Source of the DNA: Dicyema japonicum
Lineage: Eukaryota; Animalia; Dicyemida
Assembly (NCBI GenBank): GCA_011109175.1
Contig: RDEW01000001.1
Span: 1,378,360-1,442,359, forward strand
Length of the DNA stretch: 64,000 bases
Direction of reading: 5' to 3'
Shown here: piece after piece, positions 37,285 to 51,536 of the stretch
Numbering within the stretch: the first letter of the stretch is position 1
How the letters are laid out: the number at the start of each line of letters is the position of its first letter
Program-made: the position numbers and the translations under genes
Notes under the pieces: model-generated
Told to the model about the DNA's origin: nothing
The model's database searches: none
Seen by the model: only the letters and a program-made list of their open reading frames with translations

Positions 37285-38300
37285 ATGCTGGTAAAATATA
37301 TTTCTATTATTTCCGGAGTGTCCGTCATTTCATACATTACCTTTCGAACTTATAGGACCCCAAATTCTATTAATAATGTATTTATTAATTAATTTTTTCT
37401 AAGGAAATTTCTTTACGAAATTACGTGATGAAGGACCTATCGCGTGGTTTTGGTCATTTGGCTCACTCTAATATTCCCGTTTTACTCCGAAGCCCCATTT
37501 ATAGAGCTTATTCCGCCATATATGGGTGCAGGCTAGACGAACTCCCCCAGGACTGTGATTTATCCCAGTTTAAGACTTTCAGCCATTTTTTCCGCAGAGA
37601 TTTTCACCCTGCTGTCAGACCGATTGATCAAACGGCAACCCTGGTACCTGTTTGAGTTTACCATTGGTCTCCCCCGTGGACGGCGTCGTCCTCTTCTGTG
37701 GTAGAATATCAAATAATAGCTACATACATGCAAAAAACTTAAATCTACATTTGGAGAAATTCCTTGGACGTTCTTTTCGCTGTAAGAACTCTGAATCGGC
37801 TCTGTTCGCCTGTGTGATATATCTGTCCCCCGGAGATTTCCACCACTTTTACTCCCCCACTGATTGGAGTATCAGTTCTAGGGTTCATATTCCCGGTTTA
37901 GCTTACGTCTCCTTTACATGTAGGATGTCTCTTTCCTGTGAAGCCCAAAGTGATTGCTAAGCGGAAAAATATCCTCGATGGGAATGAACGGGTCAATTAC
38001 TTTGGGTCCTGGAAGTACGGGAGGTTCGTCTACTCCGCGGTAGGAGCGATGAATGTCGGTTCTATTATCGTTGAGAAGGACCCTGTATTTTGTTCGACTA
38101 ACGTTTAGTCACTTTCTACTAATGAGACATCACCCATTGATGAGGGAGAAGCAAACATTGAGCTTGATTTCAAAATTGGAGACAAAATCGGGACTTTTGA
38201 CCTGGGTTCCACCGTAGTTCTGGTTTTCGAAGCACCCAGTGATATGGATTTCACTATTAAACCGAATGAAAGGGTTATTATAGGAAAACGAATATTTTGA
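37285..38300 (+). CDS. PISD: phosphatidylserine decarboxylase proenzyme (start approximate)
   Basis: LSRGFG, FKTFSHFFRR, VSPVDG, VIYLSPGDFHHFYSP, NERV, VGAMNVGSI, and the self-cleavage motif LGSTVVLVFEAP. Confidence 0.92.
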
Positions 38301-38345
38301 CTTATTTCTTTCAAAAAAGTATTTATCTAATATTACTGGTATATC

Positions 38346-39638
38346 ATGCTTATTGAGGTTGAGGGCATCCTCTGTCCATGAGACTTTTGTAAGCTATAAG
38401 CACCTCCTTCATGTATGTCCTATCATTGAATGCCTTGTGAATAATGAGTAGGCCGTTTTTTGTCAATAAAGACAAAAATTCTTATGTTTTTTAAAATTGT
38501 TTAAAACTTATAAAAATGTGATTTTTAATCAGAAATGTTAAACCAGTAAGTAAAAAAGCCAAAATTTTAATTATTCAAAAAGCGTGGAAAATTTATGCCA
38601 AAAGTAACTCAACCGAAGCTATTTTAGATTTTTTAAATTCATTTATTATAGAGTTGGAAAAGTTGGTTTGATCCACGAAATCGATATAAATATATGTGAA
38701 TACACTAATAAATTTCTTGCATAAAAAACAGAAAATTTTATTAAAATTGGCTGTCTTCCAAAATAAATCCGGTCAGAAGGGGAAATTGTCTTGAAATTTT
38801 TGAATAATATTTTTTTATTTAGGAAAGAAAAGTGAGTAAATGGTCATATAGCGGCTGCCCTGACTGCGTGGCTATTCCCTCTCAGGATGGCGAACGAGAT
38901 TCGCTCAAATAACCAGCAGCGCAAAATTGTAAAAATTTTATTGAAATAAAAAATAACTATAATTTTGACGGAAATGGAATTTTAATATGAAGATGGCTGG
39001 AAGTAATCTAATAAATGAACTACGGAGCTATTTATCAGCCATATTCTGTCAACATTGGTTTATAAACTGATAAAGATGACAGGGAAAATTTACTTCCGTA
39101 AAAGACGCAGCTAGCATATTCAAAAAATTTTTTCAGTAACAATTTAATCGTAATTAAGAAGTATCTAGAATCTAGATTTTCTGTTAATAAGTTTTTTTTA
39201 TTACAAAAATTGAAAAACAGCACATTTCTCCTTGCATATACGACTATTTGAAAAATATCTTATTCAGAAAAGATTTTTATTATCTAAAGACCGAAATTTT
39301 TAACCTGAAAATGTTTTTAATTTTAATGTTCTATATTTTAATAAAGTTTTTGATTAGTTTTTTTCATATTAAAAATTTTTTTTCTAGATAAATTTTTCAT
39401 AAGTCAAAAATAATCAAAATTTTGAAAAATGATCATTTTTAGGTCAAAATTTGAATTTATAAAGTCAAAAAATCGCCCTAATAACGAGTCAGTTTTAATT
39501 AAGGTAGGAGGAGTCAAGGAAGTAGTCGATGTCCACAACGCGGTACCTGAGCGTCCAGTACTTTTTAAAACAAACTCTCCATTAGTAGAGGACAGAATTA
39601 TACTCATCAACCCACAACACATAAAGTCTGAACATTAA
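38346..39638 (+). CDS. possible 66-aa gene whose second intron contains the hAT
   Basis: Phase-0 exons 38346-38357, 38383-38436 and 39504-39638 form an open frame. The empty-site intron would be 27 nt. Confidence 0.3.
38449..39480. mobile_element. decayed non-autonomous hAT (TAGGGC-type TIR)
   Basis: Ends TAGGCCGTTTTTTGTC / GTCAAAAAATCGCCCTA; TSD ATAATGAG / ATAACGAG (7 of 8 identical). Confidence 0.75.
38845..38925 (-). mobile_element. CRE-clade 3' end fragment
   Basis: WLFERISFAILRGNSHAVRAAAI*, homologous to 27570-27640. Confidence 0.65.
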
Positions 39639-39897
39639 TAATGAATTGAGTGGCCGAGCCATGCTCCCCCACCTTGCTTATTTATACTGCTGACTTGACT
39701 CATCGAAATTCACCCGACATCAGATCTTGACAGTTATTTTATAAAATAGCCCGCTGCAGCTTTCCATAACCCTGTCAACGGGAGGTTCCCCGTAAAGCCG
39801 TAATAAGTGTCCCAATCATAGAGTTTTTAACTTGAAAATTTATTAAAGCAAAGTAAAAGTCTCTTATATTTTAATGTTTACAAAATAATCAATCTTA

Positions 39898-40611
39898 CTA
39901 CAAATTAATTTTCCAAACACGTTCAGCCGCCTCACAAACACGGTCACATACTGTAGCCGCTGATAGACCAAACTTGCTTATTGACACAACATTACTACAC
40001 ATTGAGTGGGTTATCTACATTTCATACAACTATTACAGTTCCATGTGCTATGGCTCCAATTAGGATTGCCAGTGGCTTATCACAACATTCTATCAATTCC
40101 GTCAGCTCTCCATGAGGGGCATTCTGGGAGAGCCCCAAAATGACGCAATCTTTGGGCAAATGGTCGGTTATTGGGTTTTTTATTGTCTGGGATTTTAGTT
40201 ACCAATACTTTCATTAATTTGATAGAAGAATTAGACGCCCCCACGCTGAGCTTACAAAGAAGCTGAACCATTAGTCCGGAGAACCTAGTGAAGGTGCGTG
40301 GAATCCGAGTTCGAGGGTCGACGCGAATGAGAACACCGTCAGATGTCATCACAAACAACTTCAATTTGCCACATTTATTAAGAGGACTGTCTAATAGCAT
40401 CATTAAACACTAATAATATTTATCCAATCAACCTGATGGCAAATATCTGGGCGAATATGCTTCGGGTCTATCTTCTTACGTAGTATCTCTGACTTGTGTC
40501 TGTCCGCATTTAAAAGCTCATATTCTCTCCCAACCTTAATAATTATTTTATTAGTACTTTTATTAATGATAAACTAGCCCCTTCCAAGATTACTATTAAT
40601 TCACTAGGCAT
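39898..40611 (-). CDS. EMG1: 18S rRNA pseudouridine N1-methyltransferase Nep1
   Basis: [49 protein letters not shown]. Confidence 0.95.
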
Positions 40612-40732
40612 ATCACGTGCAAAATTTTTATTTATTTATTTTTTAATATTGGTGTATTAATAGTTAATTTAAATAATACAATTTTAATAAACTAAATGAG
40701 CACATCTTAGTTCCTTATCCCGAGGATGTCAT

Positions 40733-41870
40733 TCATCTCTGACTGAAGGAATTGTTCAGGATCTTTGCCTTTCCTGGACCATCAGTGATTGATGTGAAAG
40801 TGGTGGATTCCTGGGAGCGGCATGCCACATCGGCGGACTTTTTGAAGGTCGACAGTTTCCTAACGTCACCATCTTCCCACGTCTTCATCGGTGACTCATT
40901 AAACACTGAGCCCTTGAATCTTTGTTCAAAATTGTTCTGAGCGATGCACAGGGAAGAGCCATGAGTCTCGCATCGCTCTCACTTTTGGATGGGGAAGCTA
41001 ACCAATGTTGATCTAATTTCAGTTGATCGCCTCAATTGCATTGCCACAAAAAAGATCATCCCAGCCGTGCTGTTTCTCCGATTTTTTGTGGTCCCAGAGT
41101 ATAAGTATGTCCAATTTTTTAGCAAGGCTTGTTAGCGGCCAGACCTGCGGTTGGTAGTTTAAAATCTGCCAAGTTTACCATGTGCAGCGTTGATCGAAGA
41201 AAGCTGATACCCAACCTCCAAAATGAATTGGAATCTTTCATTGGGTTCAGCTAATTTGTCCAAGTAAATGTTCAATATTCTCTTAAAATTGACCTCAGTT
41301 TTGCTTCAACGGTCCTCAAGGGATCCATATTTGTAAAACACGCGGTTGTTCGTAGCGTGAAAAAGAGGCGTGTAGTAAGGTATAAAGTAGAAGTAAAAAC
41401 GAGGTACGTGTGCCAAGAAAGTGAGATTGTGTGCGACTAAGAAGAGGTTCCTTGAGACAGATGCCAAATATGCAGCCAACAGGCCCAACCGACTACCAAA
41501 TAGTTTGCTCACAAAACGTTTGAAAAGCTATCTCTCTACCAAATACGTGACAATTGCAAAGCTACCGACTACCAAATTTTACGAAACCTATAGCCATCAC
41601 AAAAATGAGATTTTGTCCCTTTGCTATCCTAAAGTTATGTGGTTTATCACATTTCTGTGATATATTCATCATCGAGTTTATCTAGCAGGAAAAATTTATC
41701 AAATTCCTGCAATCATATAACTTGGGTCCCACGCAAACAGTTGTGATAAAAAACATCAAATCCATGACTTCTAGAATCTATTGTTCAGACTCCACAAATC
41801 ACAGAGGTCTTCGACAACCTCCAGCGTTTTAGCAGCAAAACAAGCAAAAAGTGATCTTACATATTAACGA
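40733..41870 (-). CDS. probable multi-exon gene, unknown product (start unresolved)
   Basis: Open frame LAKKLDILILWDH...GWDDLFVAMQ joins through a 27-nt intron to a Ser/Thr-rich C-terminal exon. Confidence 0.3.
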
Positions 41871-42239
41871 TAAATAATTAATGATTTTAACCAAAAAGGA
41901 TTTATGGAAGATTATAAGGGAGAGTCACAGATTCTTACTCTGAAGAAGTTTTGAACCAGGAGAAATGGTGACCAGAAAAGATTACAAGAATTATCCCATT
42001 AACAGATTTAGAAATCAAAATTCCAAAGACTACGGTAATACCAAGATAACTACTCCCGTTATCTCGACACGTTTCAACAGAGACCTCATCTTAACCCATA
42101 CAAGGACGTATGGCTGTATAACCGGATACTCACAATTGAACGGGCACGCCCCTCAGCTCTTAAAGGATTAAGAATTACAAAAGCTTTGAAATGAAGACAT
42201 ATCCAGAAGTATCTTTATCTATCTCTCCGTAAATACCTT

Positions 42240-42420
42240 TTTCTGGCTAGCTTCGATCTTCATAACATTTGTGCAGAAAATGAATGGACCCCATGAGGCG
42301 CTTGCAAAAGAAATGCATAGCTCGACTTGTTTCCGATTTTAAATGTAATTTAAGGAACTCGAGGGTCATCGAGAAGAAATACAAATAAAAGGTAATTCCA
42401 ATCCCCGAAATCAGTCGTAC
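42240..42420 (-). mobile_element. LINE RT C-terminal remnant
   Basis: An alternative frame reads SFASASWGP..MKIEASQKK, like YACASWGP..KIEEMQKR at 57850-57930. Confidence 0.5.
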
Positions 42421-42618
42421 CATCCTACTTATATGGTCCTCCATCGTGCTTACTGTAGATAGAAAACATATTCTCTCGAGTTTGGAAAAAAATCAACCGG
42501 AAAACAAAATTTCTGAGTCGATTTTAAATGTTAGTATTTTCAATAATTTTAAATTTATAAAAATAATTATAAAATAAAATTTAAAATTAATTTTTAAATT
42601 TAAATCTGGCATTTAATA

Positions 42619-45600
42619 ATGTCTTTCAGTCTTGTTAGTTTAAAATCCCCTCGCGGTAAACCTAAACTAATAAATCTTGATACTAAATCAGGTCTGAAAT
42701 ATTGATATAAAATTAGAAACGACTACACGGTCATATTCAAATACGGAAATAAGCGCGGGAATCAAAATAGTAAAGGATCCACAACGCGAGAGCTATGTCT
42801 ATTGGTAAGATTCCATCAAGAGTATTAGGCACACTGTAAATAACCGAATTTCTCTCAATGAGGAGTCATTTGGTCATAATTTGGCGGGTTCAAGCCTCTG
42901 TCTTGACTACCCAGATGAAATAGTGCCTAATACTGTAATCTTTTCTCGCTTCGACGGTGGCACGAGGTTCTTGGGTTATTTTACTTTCAGCGACATTTTC
43001 GCGCTCATTTCAGCCTCAGTGGAGAAGGGATACGTAGTTCTCTTCTCAGTTGAATCAGAAGGTCAGTCAATCTTTAACAGCCGACCCGCATTCTATTCTG
43101 TCGACTTCAAGCGAGAGGATCTTCTTGGCTGTGCACCGATCTGCTCTGCCCTCGGGAGGAAATCAAAACATGTATATTTTGCGTCCACCTCAACCTTGGC
43201 GAATCGAATCCACCTCTTAATAGTCCCCATTATGACTTACACGAATAAATCGGGTTTTACTTTCCATTTAATCGCTCAGTGAAGAGTTTATCAGATGCAA
43301 TCAAAATTGGAGTCTCCTTCTATGTGGACCTGACTTTGTCTACCACCTACTTCCGGAAACTCTCCGCCTTGGTAATCTCGGAGTTACATTTTCATTTTTA
43401 CTGAAGCAACCAAAGGCTGAATTCCTACGCTTGTGTCTTTTTCGAGATTAAAGAGCGGGACTATGTCGCGGCTCTACATGAGTATCAAGTCGAGATTTGG
43501 GAATGTAAGACTGGGAAATCTACCCACGTCTGCAATCTATTGCACCTGTTGAATGAAAATGCTCACAATTTCGGTTTTTTGTCGCTTAAATAAAGTTTAC
43601 TCGAATGATAACTTTCTAATGAAGGGGAACAGTGGGAGATCTCCCGAGGTGGTCGTCCAAATGTGCCTGAACTCTAAGTTTTATGTACTCCTTTGAGTTA
43701 TATTTAGATTTTTGTCTTTGCTGTTAGCAAGGAAAGAAAATTCGATATCACTTTTGTCAGGAAAATTGGGGAATATTCAGTATTGGCCTTGATTATTGTA
43801 GAATCCATGCCTTTCTGTTGTCCCAACTCTTAGTTATTATGGTCTTCTCTTCGGAAGTGCTGAAAAGAGATCAATTCAACTTGTCAGTCGGTTGTTTTGT
43901 GAACTCACTTTCTTAGGGATAATGACAGAATATATTATGTCCCCCCACTTTCTCAGTCTGTACATTCTGACTTAATTTTTGATGTTCTTCGTGAACCTAC
44001 TGACGATCTGTGTTCATTGGCTATGTACAGTCTTCGCCGGTCTCTCAAGTCCTTTTCTGCTGATGTAATCCACAGAGCCTTAAAGGTTATTGTTTGCCCT
44101 TACTTGACAGTTAGAGGTAGAATGTGGGAAAATTCCAATGGAAGTTCCAAATCTTAGCGAGTTGGACTTTGAGCAACTCACAGACTTGTGTTCTGTCCTT
44201 ATTTATTCTAAAGTATGCTAAAATACAATGTTCCCAGGTCAAGGCACATGGGATCGAAAATGGGAATGAAGATCTTTACTTGGTGAATACCAAATTCGCT
44301 GATGTTAAGGCTTTTTACTCGACTTGTCTGTTATGCAAACAGGTATTGTGCTAATTTGATCAGAAAAATGATATTATTTTGGCATTCGATTGTCTGGGAG
44401 ATTCTGATAATCTCCTCATGGTCTCTAAGGTCCAATTTTTATTTATGCCAAGACTGGCCTGATTGTTCTCTCGAAAGACGGAGTGGAGGAGAATTGCTTG
44501 ACTACCCACTTGCCCACATCTTTAATTGGAGGGGAACTGTTTAAGACGGACCAATTTGTGTCTCAGAGTTTCTTAGAGGCACTAAGATTAATCGATTCTT
44601 CAGTTGTAAACAACATCGGGGCTGCAAATTATGACAATCTTCTGTTCGATGTGGTTAGGGATTGTCTTCATTCAAATAATTCCACCTCCATTAATCATTT
44701 TAACCGAGCAACCGCCAATCACATGTATTTAATGGGTTTATTGGTTAGATCAATCGAGGACTTTTCCTTGTTGAATAATATCCTGTCTAATATAGACTCC
44801 TCTCAGCTGACCACGTTTATATATTATATATGTAATCAAAATGGTGAACCACGTGGTTTGGAGTTGTCATTATTGCAGGGGATGAGTCTGTGGGGTTTAA
44901 TGAATACGATGAAAGTATGGTGGTCGAAGATGAGAATTATTGTGCTGAAGTAATTGACAATGGAAGTGAAAATGTGCTTAGTGCGGAGGTTTGTGCTGAA
45001 ACTCCTTATGAAGAGGATTTGAGTCCTCAGAGTGAATGGGTACCTCCTACACAGCTTGGTTGGGAGCTCATTACAAATTATGTGACTATGCACTTTGCCT
45101 CCCGCCGTCGTATTCTAAGGACTGTTTTTACTATTTGTGCCTGGACTTGGAAATTGGAAGTTTATAAGTGATATGACGTGTAGACTCTTGATGATCAGTG
45201 TAAAATTGGATTCTTAAGGCACATCCTTCAGTTTTACTTAATGGATCGCACACTTGGCGTATTGTACCCAAGAAATCCTCCGAATACCTCGAAACAATGG
45301 TCAATTTGTTTTGATTTAGTTTTAGTGATAACGTTATGTCTGTTTATTATGACACTCGACTGAATAACTTAAATATACCTGTAATCTCGGATGAAAGACT
45401 TTGTCAAACTCCGTGTTTTTTGGAAGAAAGCCTAGTCGGAGCTTCAAAGATACCCCAATCAGTTGCTTATGACTTTTTTTCATTTTCTCAGTTTATGAAT
45501 TCATTTCTGTAAGCCGTGAGCTATTACCCTGCTAGAGATTATCGGGACAACAATTTTTCTACTTTATTTGGGTTTTTACTGTTTGAAAATGGTTACATTG

Positions 45601-47539
45601 AACCCCTCATTAATTACACCAAAGTCATGCGAGACTCACACTTTGATGTTCCCCCTGGTCTCTCACTAGTCACTTGTCTTGCACATTTGTATTGGTTGAG
45701 TAATAAATTGTAGGTCAGTAAACATAGAAGACCCTGATTTGGTAAAGAAGCTAAGATCACTGTCAAGTCAGAGATCGCTGAATGAATTATCATTATATTT
45801 CAATTTTGTGGATTCGTCTGTTTATAATTCAATGGTACTTTGTGTTTGTCACTACAGATTGTAAACGTTGCCTTTGTTGTGGGGAGGTTTGACCTTGTTA
45901 TAGAACTCTGTGAGAATGTCCTCGATGTTGATCTATCTGGTGATTCAATTGTATTTTGTTGATATTTATTGTAGACTCCGCTGTTGTTTGAGTCCCACTT
46001 AGTTCTCGGTCACTTTTATTCTGCCTATTTACTGCTATCGAGTGTGGATTTCAAGTTTATCGTTGTTAATGATTGCAGTGATGTGGAGAGCTTTCTTGAG
46101 GATTTTCTGTATTGTATTGAAAAGAGGGGTCAGTATGACGTAATTCAGACTTTACCGTTGACCTGTCTGAGTTTAAAGCTGTTTGAGTTAATGAAATCCC
46201 GACTGTGTGGATTGGAGGCCAATAGGCTGTTTTCAATGACCCTGATTATTATCTGCTATGGGAGAAGGTTCTTCCAGTTTCAAAAAGGTTGTGGGATATT
46301 TACTATTATAGTGGCCACGGTTGCCTATAAAAGTGCCAGGGAGTTGCTAAAGATGAAAGCTGAGTTTTTGGAAGAGTCATTGCATCTGATTGATGAGGCA
46401 TTGGAAGCTCTGGACAAACTACCAGAGTGTGATCAGTTTATAATTCTCGAAGATAGCACTCCTGAACAGAATTTAGACATTGTTGTGTTCTATGGTCATT
46501 TAAGATTGCTGTGAATAAGGGATTTAGTGAAAATTCCCTCATGGAAGACTGCACTATGAGTTCAATGGCAATGACCTTGGTCAGTCGGGAGCAAATTTAT
46601 GTTGATAAGCTAATTGTGAGAGCTAGGACTGTCTTGCTCAATATTGAACCCACGGTTACTTGTATATAGGTTTGGTTATGTTACCTAGTCGACGAGGAGG
46701 ATCTTGATTCCTTGTTTGGTGCTTTATGTCGAGTTGGGATGTATGATGAGGCATTTTACTTATCAAACCATTATAACCGACCTAAGGATGGTATTGTTGT
46801 TAGTCTTGTGGAGAGGTTTTTGTCTTGGTTATTCTGAGGTGTTTGGCTGCTGATTCTGTGGTGGAGATGTCTTCGGATAATTATTTGGAAGTCAGTCGTT
46901 GGCTACTTCAGATTCCGTTTTTTGACTCTATGGAGATAGCAAAGTCGTCATTTTTGAATTATTGTAGCTATGTGGAATGCTGCTGGAATGTTCTCAGGTC
47001 ATTTTTGACAAAATATGACGATCAGGAGTCTCTGTGCATGCATCACGTGACCATTTTACACATAGTGGCTGCAACCCGGGAAGTCCCTCCCGTTTGGTTG
47101 GAAGATCAGTTCATGGTTGTTAATAGAGGTGACGTTCTTAGAGTGTGTCTCCTGTTGCCTTATTGAGGATTTATGTTGATTATGGACTTTACAGTCGGGC
47201 TGCTGAGTTGGTTGTCGATATGTGCAGAGCCTTTATTGGCGTGGGGGACTATCCTGTGAGATTTGGAGTGAAGGTAGTGTTTATAGTTAAATGCAGAACT
47301 GTTTGCTATTCAATGATTCTGAATCGTGTTTTCCCTACTCGACGGTGGAGCAGTTGTTGTCGATTATTATAAATTTGAATGAGGAGAATGAACTGAGTGA
47401 TTCTGTGTGTAATTTTGTTATATTGTAGTTGATGACAAAGCTGAGTGATGGATTGGTTAATTACATGAATAATGTGGAGAAGACCTCGTTCGACATGCAG
47501 TATTATAGGAAAAATAAATTTAAACATGACCTCTCATGA
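42619..47539 (+). CDS. NUP160: nuclear pore complex protein Nup160 homologue, many exons
   Basis: FESHLVLGHFYSAY, LLRIYVDYGLYSRAAELV..FIGVG and FPYSTVEQLL resemble Nup160 C-terminal motifs; length is consistent. Confidence 0.83.
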
Positions 47540-48179
47540 AATTTACCTTTTATAAAATTTGTTACATATTTAATGCTACATTTTTTTACAGAGCCGTGTT
47601 TTTATATGATGACGTTTATTAATAGAGGAAACACTTTACTAGTGAAACATCCTTTAGTTAAGTTTGACTCACAAAATTGAAGGTGTATTTCCCCTCTTGA
47701 TTTGTAAGGAAATGCGTTTAATGAGACTGCTCCTCTTTCGATTATTCCTTTTCCTTCTTACGATAAGCGGCTTATTTTTTTATGAAGGTCCGTTAGATTA
47801 ATTTTGTTTGTTTATTTTGTTATATTGAGAACTGTAAGAAACTGAGTAAAGATCGAGAGAAAATTGAAAATGGTTTGAGAGACTATGGATGAGAGGATTT
47901 TGTCTTTCAGTAAGAACGACATGCCTTTATATATTCAGCTTACTGTGGATTAATCCAGTTGAAAAAAGCAGAGCCAAAAAGAAATCCTTCGATCATGTGA
48001 GTTGTGTAAAGCCACTAATATTGAATTTATTTATTTATTTAACAAAAATCACCGCTAAGTTAGGGAGGAAACACGCCCACTAGGTGATTCCAGCTTCCCT
48101 TATCGACGTTCCTCCCATGATCCAACGCATTTTTTATAAACTCGGGGAACACACTGGCGCTTTGGGGGTATCAGGGTAT

Positions 48180-48940
48180 CATCCGTTCTCTTCAGAAGGG
48201 TCTCGAATGGTGTCGGCTGTAACAGGATAGTCGAGAAACATTGAATGGTTTTGTCACTGTTGCTTGGAAGCAGGTAATCTTTTTTAGGTTGGTTTTAAAT
48301 AGGTCCGTACCCCAAGCCGCCCATCCATAGCTGATCGTTGGAGAGGCAAGCGTTAGGTCAGGGGAAAAGTCATGTCGTTGGATCTGTAAGGTGTTCTGGT
48401 AATGTATAGGCGATTGTTCCAGAGAGGTAGAGAGTAGCAATTGCTTCCAGAGAGGGTAGCAATTGTTTCCCCTGGTGTCTCCCGACTGATTCTTGAACCA
48501 TGTTGGGTGTTTACATTAAGATCCCCGCAAAGTAAAAAGTTGTGGAAATCAACGGTGCTGGGCATGGAGTCTGTAATTTTTCGGGATGGAGTAGGGTGGG
48601 GGTACATATAAGTTTAGGATCGAGAGGTTGCCCGTCCGTATTAGTATCGTGTTGGTAATAAAGTCAACGGATGATTGGAGGTTAAAACGAGTAAATTTTT
48701 TTTCTGAATTTTGGGTTATGGGAATAAGGAATATTTCTCTTGATAAGAGTGATGACTCCCCCTCCACGACCTGTTGGTCAGTATCGTCGGATTGAGCTGT
48801 ATCCTGGGAAGATAGAGGTGGGTGAAGAGGCAGAGGTCTGGGTCTTCTACTAAGGTTTTGTCTGAATGTAGTCCTTTCTTTTGTGAATTTAAGATCAAAG
48901 TTAACGCCACCAGAAACGGTGAACCACGTGACGTACACAT
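48180..48940 (-). mobile_element. decayed LINE 5' part with AP endonuclease
   Basis: ILNLYVPP, LLCGDLNVN and an SDH-like segment in shifted frames. Confidence 0.55.
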
Positions 48941-49009
48941 TGTAAAATTACCATTGAATTAATAACACTTTACTTTACGAAGAGCCACATTAGCTATAGC
49001 TCGTCCCAG

Positions 49010-49520
49010 GAATGACACATAGTTTGTTTAAGTAAAGAACAGTTGTGCTAACTAATCGATGGGGGAGAACCACTTTTTTCATATATATTTGGTGTAGTCC
49101 TTTTGTATTCGTATTCCTTACCGACTTCTCCGTTCACTCTGGGATCTTATAATTGCAGAAGACTTAAACAACCTTACAGAAACACCAATTGGCATGCGAT
49201 CTAACAAAATATGACATCTCTACAAGAGACACAAACGACCGTACAATCAACAGAACTGTTTGGGAGATTCCACCTTTTTACTCTCCCACTGGTCTGCCGA
49301 CAATATGGTTTCGGATTTTCAGTCTATCAGGATCTGATTCGCTGTGCTGCAGCATCTGACATTATAATGGAAATGGCGGACACATGAACTACCTAAGAGA
49401 ACTAATGCGCAACGGAAGATCATGGCGCAGCTGACGGAAAAGGATGATTCGGAATACGGCACAAAGGAAACTTAACTAATTTTATGTTTTCTCGGGAGTG
49501 CTTTTTAATAATAATAGTCC
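49010..49520 (+). mobile_element. RTE-type LINE 3' fragment
   Basis: 3' end homologous to 22365-22570; TAATAATAATA tail. Confidence 0.65.
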
Positions 49521-49812
49521 TTTTGTAGAGTATCCGATCCTCAGTGAGCTGTTCACTGATGATGGCGTCACTCGTCGAGCCAAAGCATCTTTCAGTCGGA
49601 ATGTACAACATCGAGATTAGAACTAAGGGTCATCAAGCCTTTTGACCGACACTCGTTACAACAATATTGATTAGTTTTAAAATTCAACGAAGAAAAGATA
49701 TAAAAAAATATTATTATAATATATTTTATTTTATTAATTATTTAAATTTTATTAAAATGAATATTCTGAAAATATATTTATGGTTATTCCCGTTTACTCT
49801 GTTTTGACGGAA

Positions 49813-51536
49813 ATGTATTTTTTCTTGTTAACCATATTTTTGGTTATTTTCATTATATTTAATCACTAGCATCCCACCCAGATGACTTCTTCACTAAATT
49901 CAAGGACCACTTCATTGACAAACTCAAACTTCCAAGCCAACTGTCTCAATTGAAAAGTCTAAACGACCCAAATAACCAAAACCTTGAAAACGGGACCATT
50001 GTCCACTTTCGGGGGATGATCCAGGACTGTTTGGATACTGAGTACTTCTATCCCTTCTACACGAAGGTCGATGGGACCTCGTCTGTCAAAAAATGTGGAT
50101 ATTTTCTAGACTGCGTTGATCTTCCCGTATGATCAAATACCTCTATTCTAGGGACCGGACTATGTTGTCGAAGAACAGAAAATAAAAGAGCGACAGTGCT
50201 ACAACGCAATCACTCAGCCGAATCAGTCGGATTGGGCCCTGGATGTCCCCAAAATGTTATATTTTAGAATCTACTAAGCATTTTCAAGAAACCGTCCAAT
50301 TCAGAGACTAAAGAGCTATCCTACTCTACGGGGGTTACCCACGTGACTATAAAACTCTATGAGAACGAAACGATCAAATTGAACGAATGCTTCGACTTTT
50401 ACGGAGTGCTTTCTGTGGGTGACGGGTTTTACTTTTTCTCATGTCAGCCATTCACTCCATGTCATCCTCCACGAGTCCATTTGTGAGTTGGATAAAGTGA
50501 GCTTCCCATCCTTGCTTACAGGTCTCATGACTGATATAATATAGAACCTTTGAGTTTCTACCGTGATATGTTGGTCGCTTTCCTCACCCCCCATTTTCAT
50601 GGAGACTCAGTTTCCGCTGAGTATCTACTGTGCTGTCTCGTCTCCAACTGGTTTATTCCACTCTTATTCAAGCAACGCTGGAATTGACCGAGGAAACTTT
50701 TCCCTGAATTATTTAGGTTTGAATTCCCACGAAAAACGTGACTTTTGTTCTTCCCTATTCTCCTTGGTGAATACGCTGGTCCCCCATGTAGTTGTCTCTT
50801 ATATGGCAGAGGGCGATCTTCTCCGTTACCCCCGAGAAGCTTAATTCTGAGCAGATTGTGCCGTATAAGGACTACGAATCAGGCAGACTATGCTCTGGGT
50901 TGCTACAGATGACGCCGGGGACGGTTTTTGTGGTGGAGGACAACCCCATCTTAGTAGAATTGACTGAACGAGGTTGATTGGTGGTAATTTGTAAGGAGTG
51001 GCCAATTTTGATGCCTTGGGGAGACTGTTGAGCTCACAGAGGGTTCTGTATGACTTTAAGTTCTACGAGTGTGATTTCTTTGCTAACGTAAGAGTCGTCG
51101 TTGTATCTGAGAAGCCATCCACTCTGAATGTTTGGGGGTGCCTGATGTTTTAGTGCCGGTTTTGTCTCCCTTTGGAATTTCGGGAAGACAGTAGAGAGCA
51201 TGTTGAGTCAGATTTGATGGAATGGGTGGACATTTTCCGTGCTTATTTGAGGTCGGTGGAGACCGGAGTTTTTGTGATTACGGAAAATATGATGAAAGTG
51301 AGTTATTGAGTGAGGATAGATGGTGGAGAACTATTATGTGAAGAAACGAAGGGAGACTCAGGGATCCGATATTTACAATGCGGAGGACCTCAATTCGTTA
51401 TTGTTACTGTGCAGGTGTTGTTTGTGTGAGACACAGAGTTCTGTCTTTCTTGGAAGGGCGAGAAGAACTCAGTGTTCATATTTGGAATAAGGCTGTGAAT
51501 ATGGAGGATGTTAGGAGGAAGAGATTATCGGGGTGA
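49813..51536 (+). CDS. MCMBP: mini-chromosome maintenance complex-binding protein (start approximate)
   Basis: VHFRGMIQDCLDTEYF, FHGDSVSAEYLLCCLVS, PYKDYESGRLCSGLLQM, YDFKFYECDF. Confidence 0.9.

Noticed and set aside
42247-42444. 65-aa host gene from the ORF track
   Set aside because: Another frame matches the LINE RT C-terminal motif (ASWGP..KIE), so it is TE debris.
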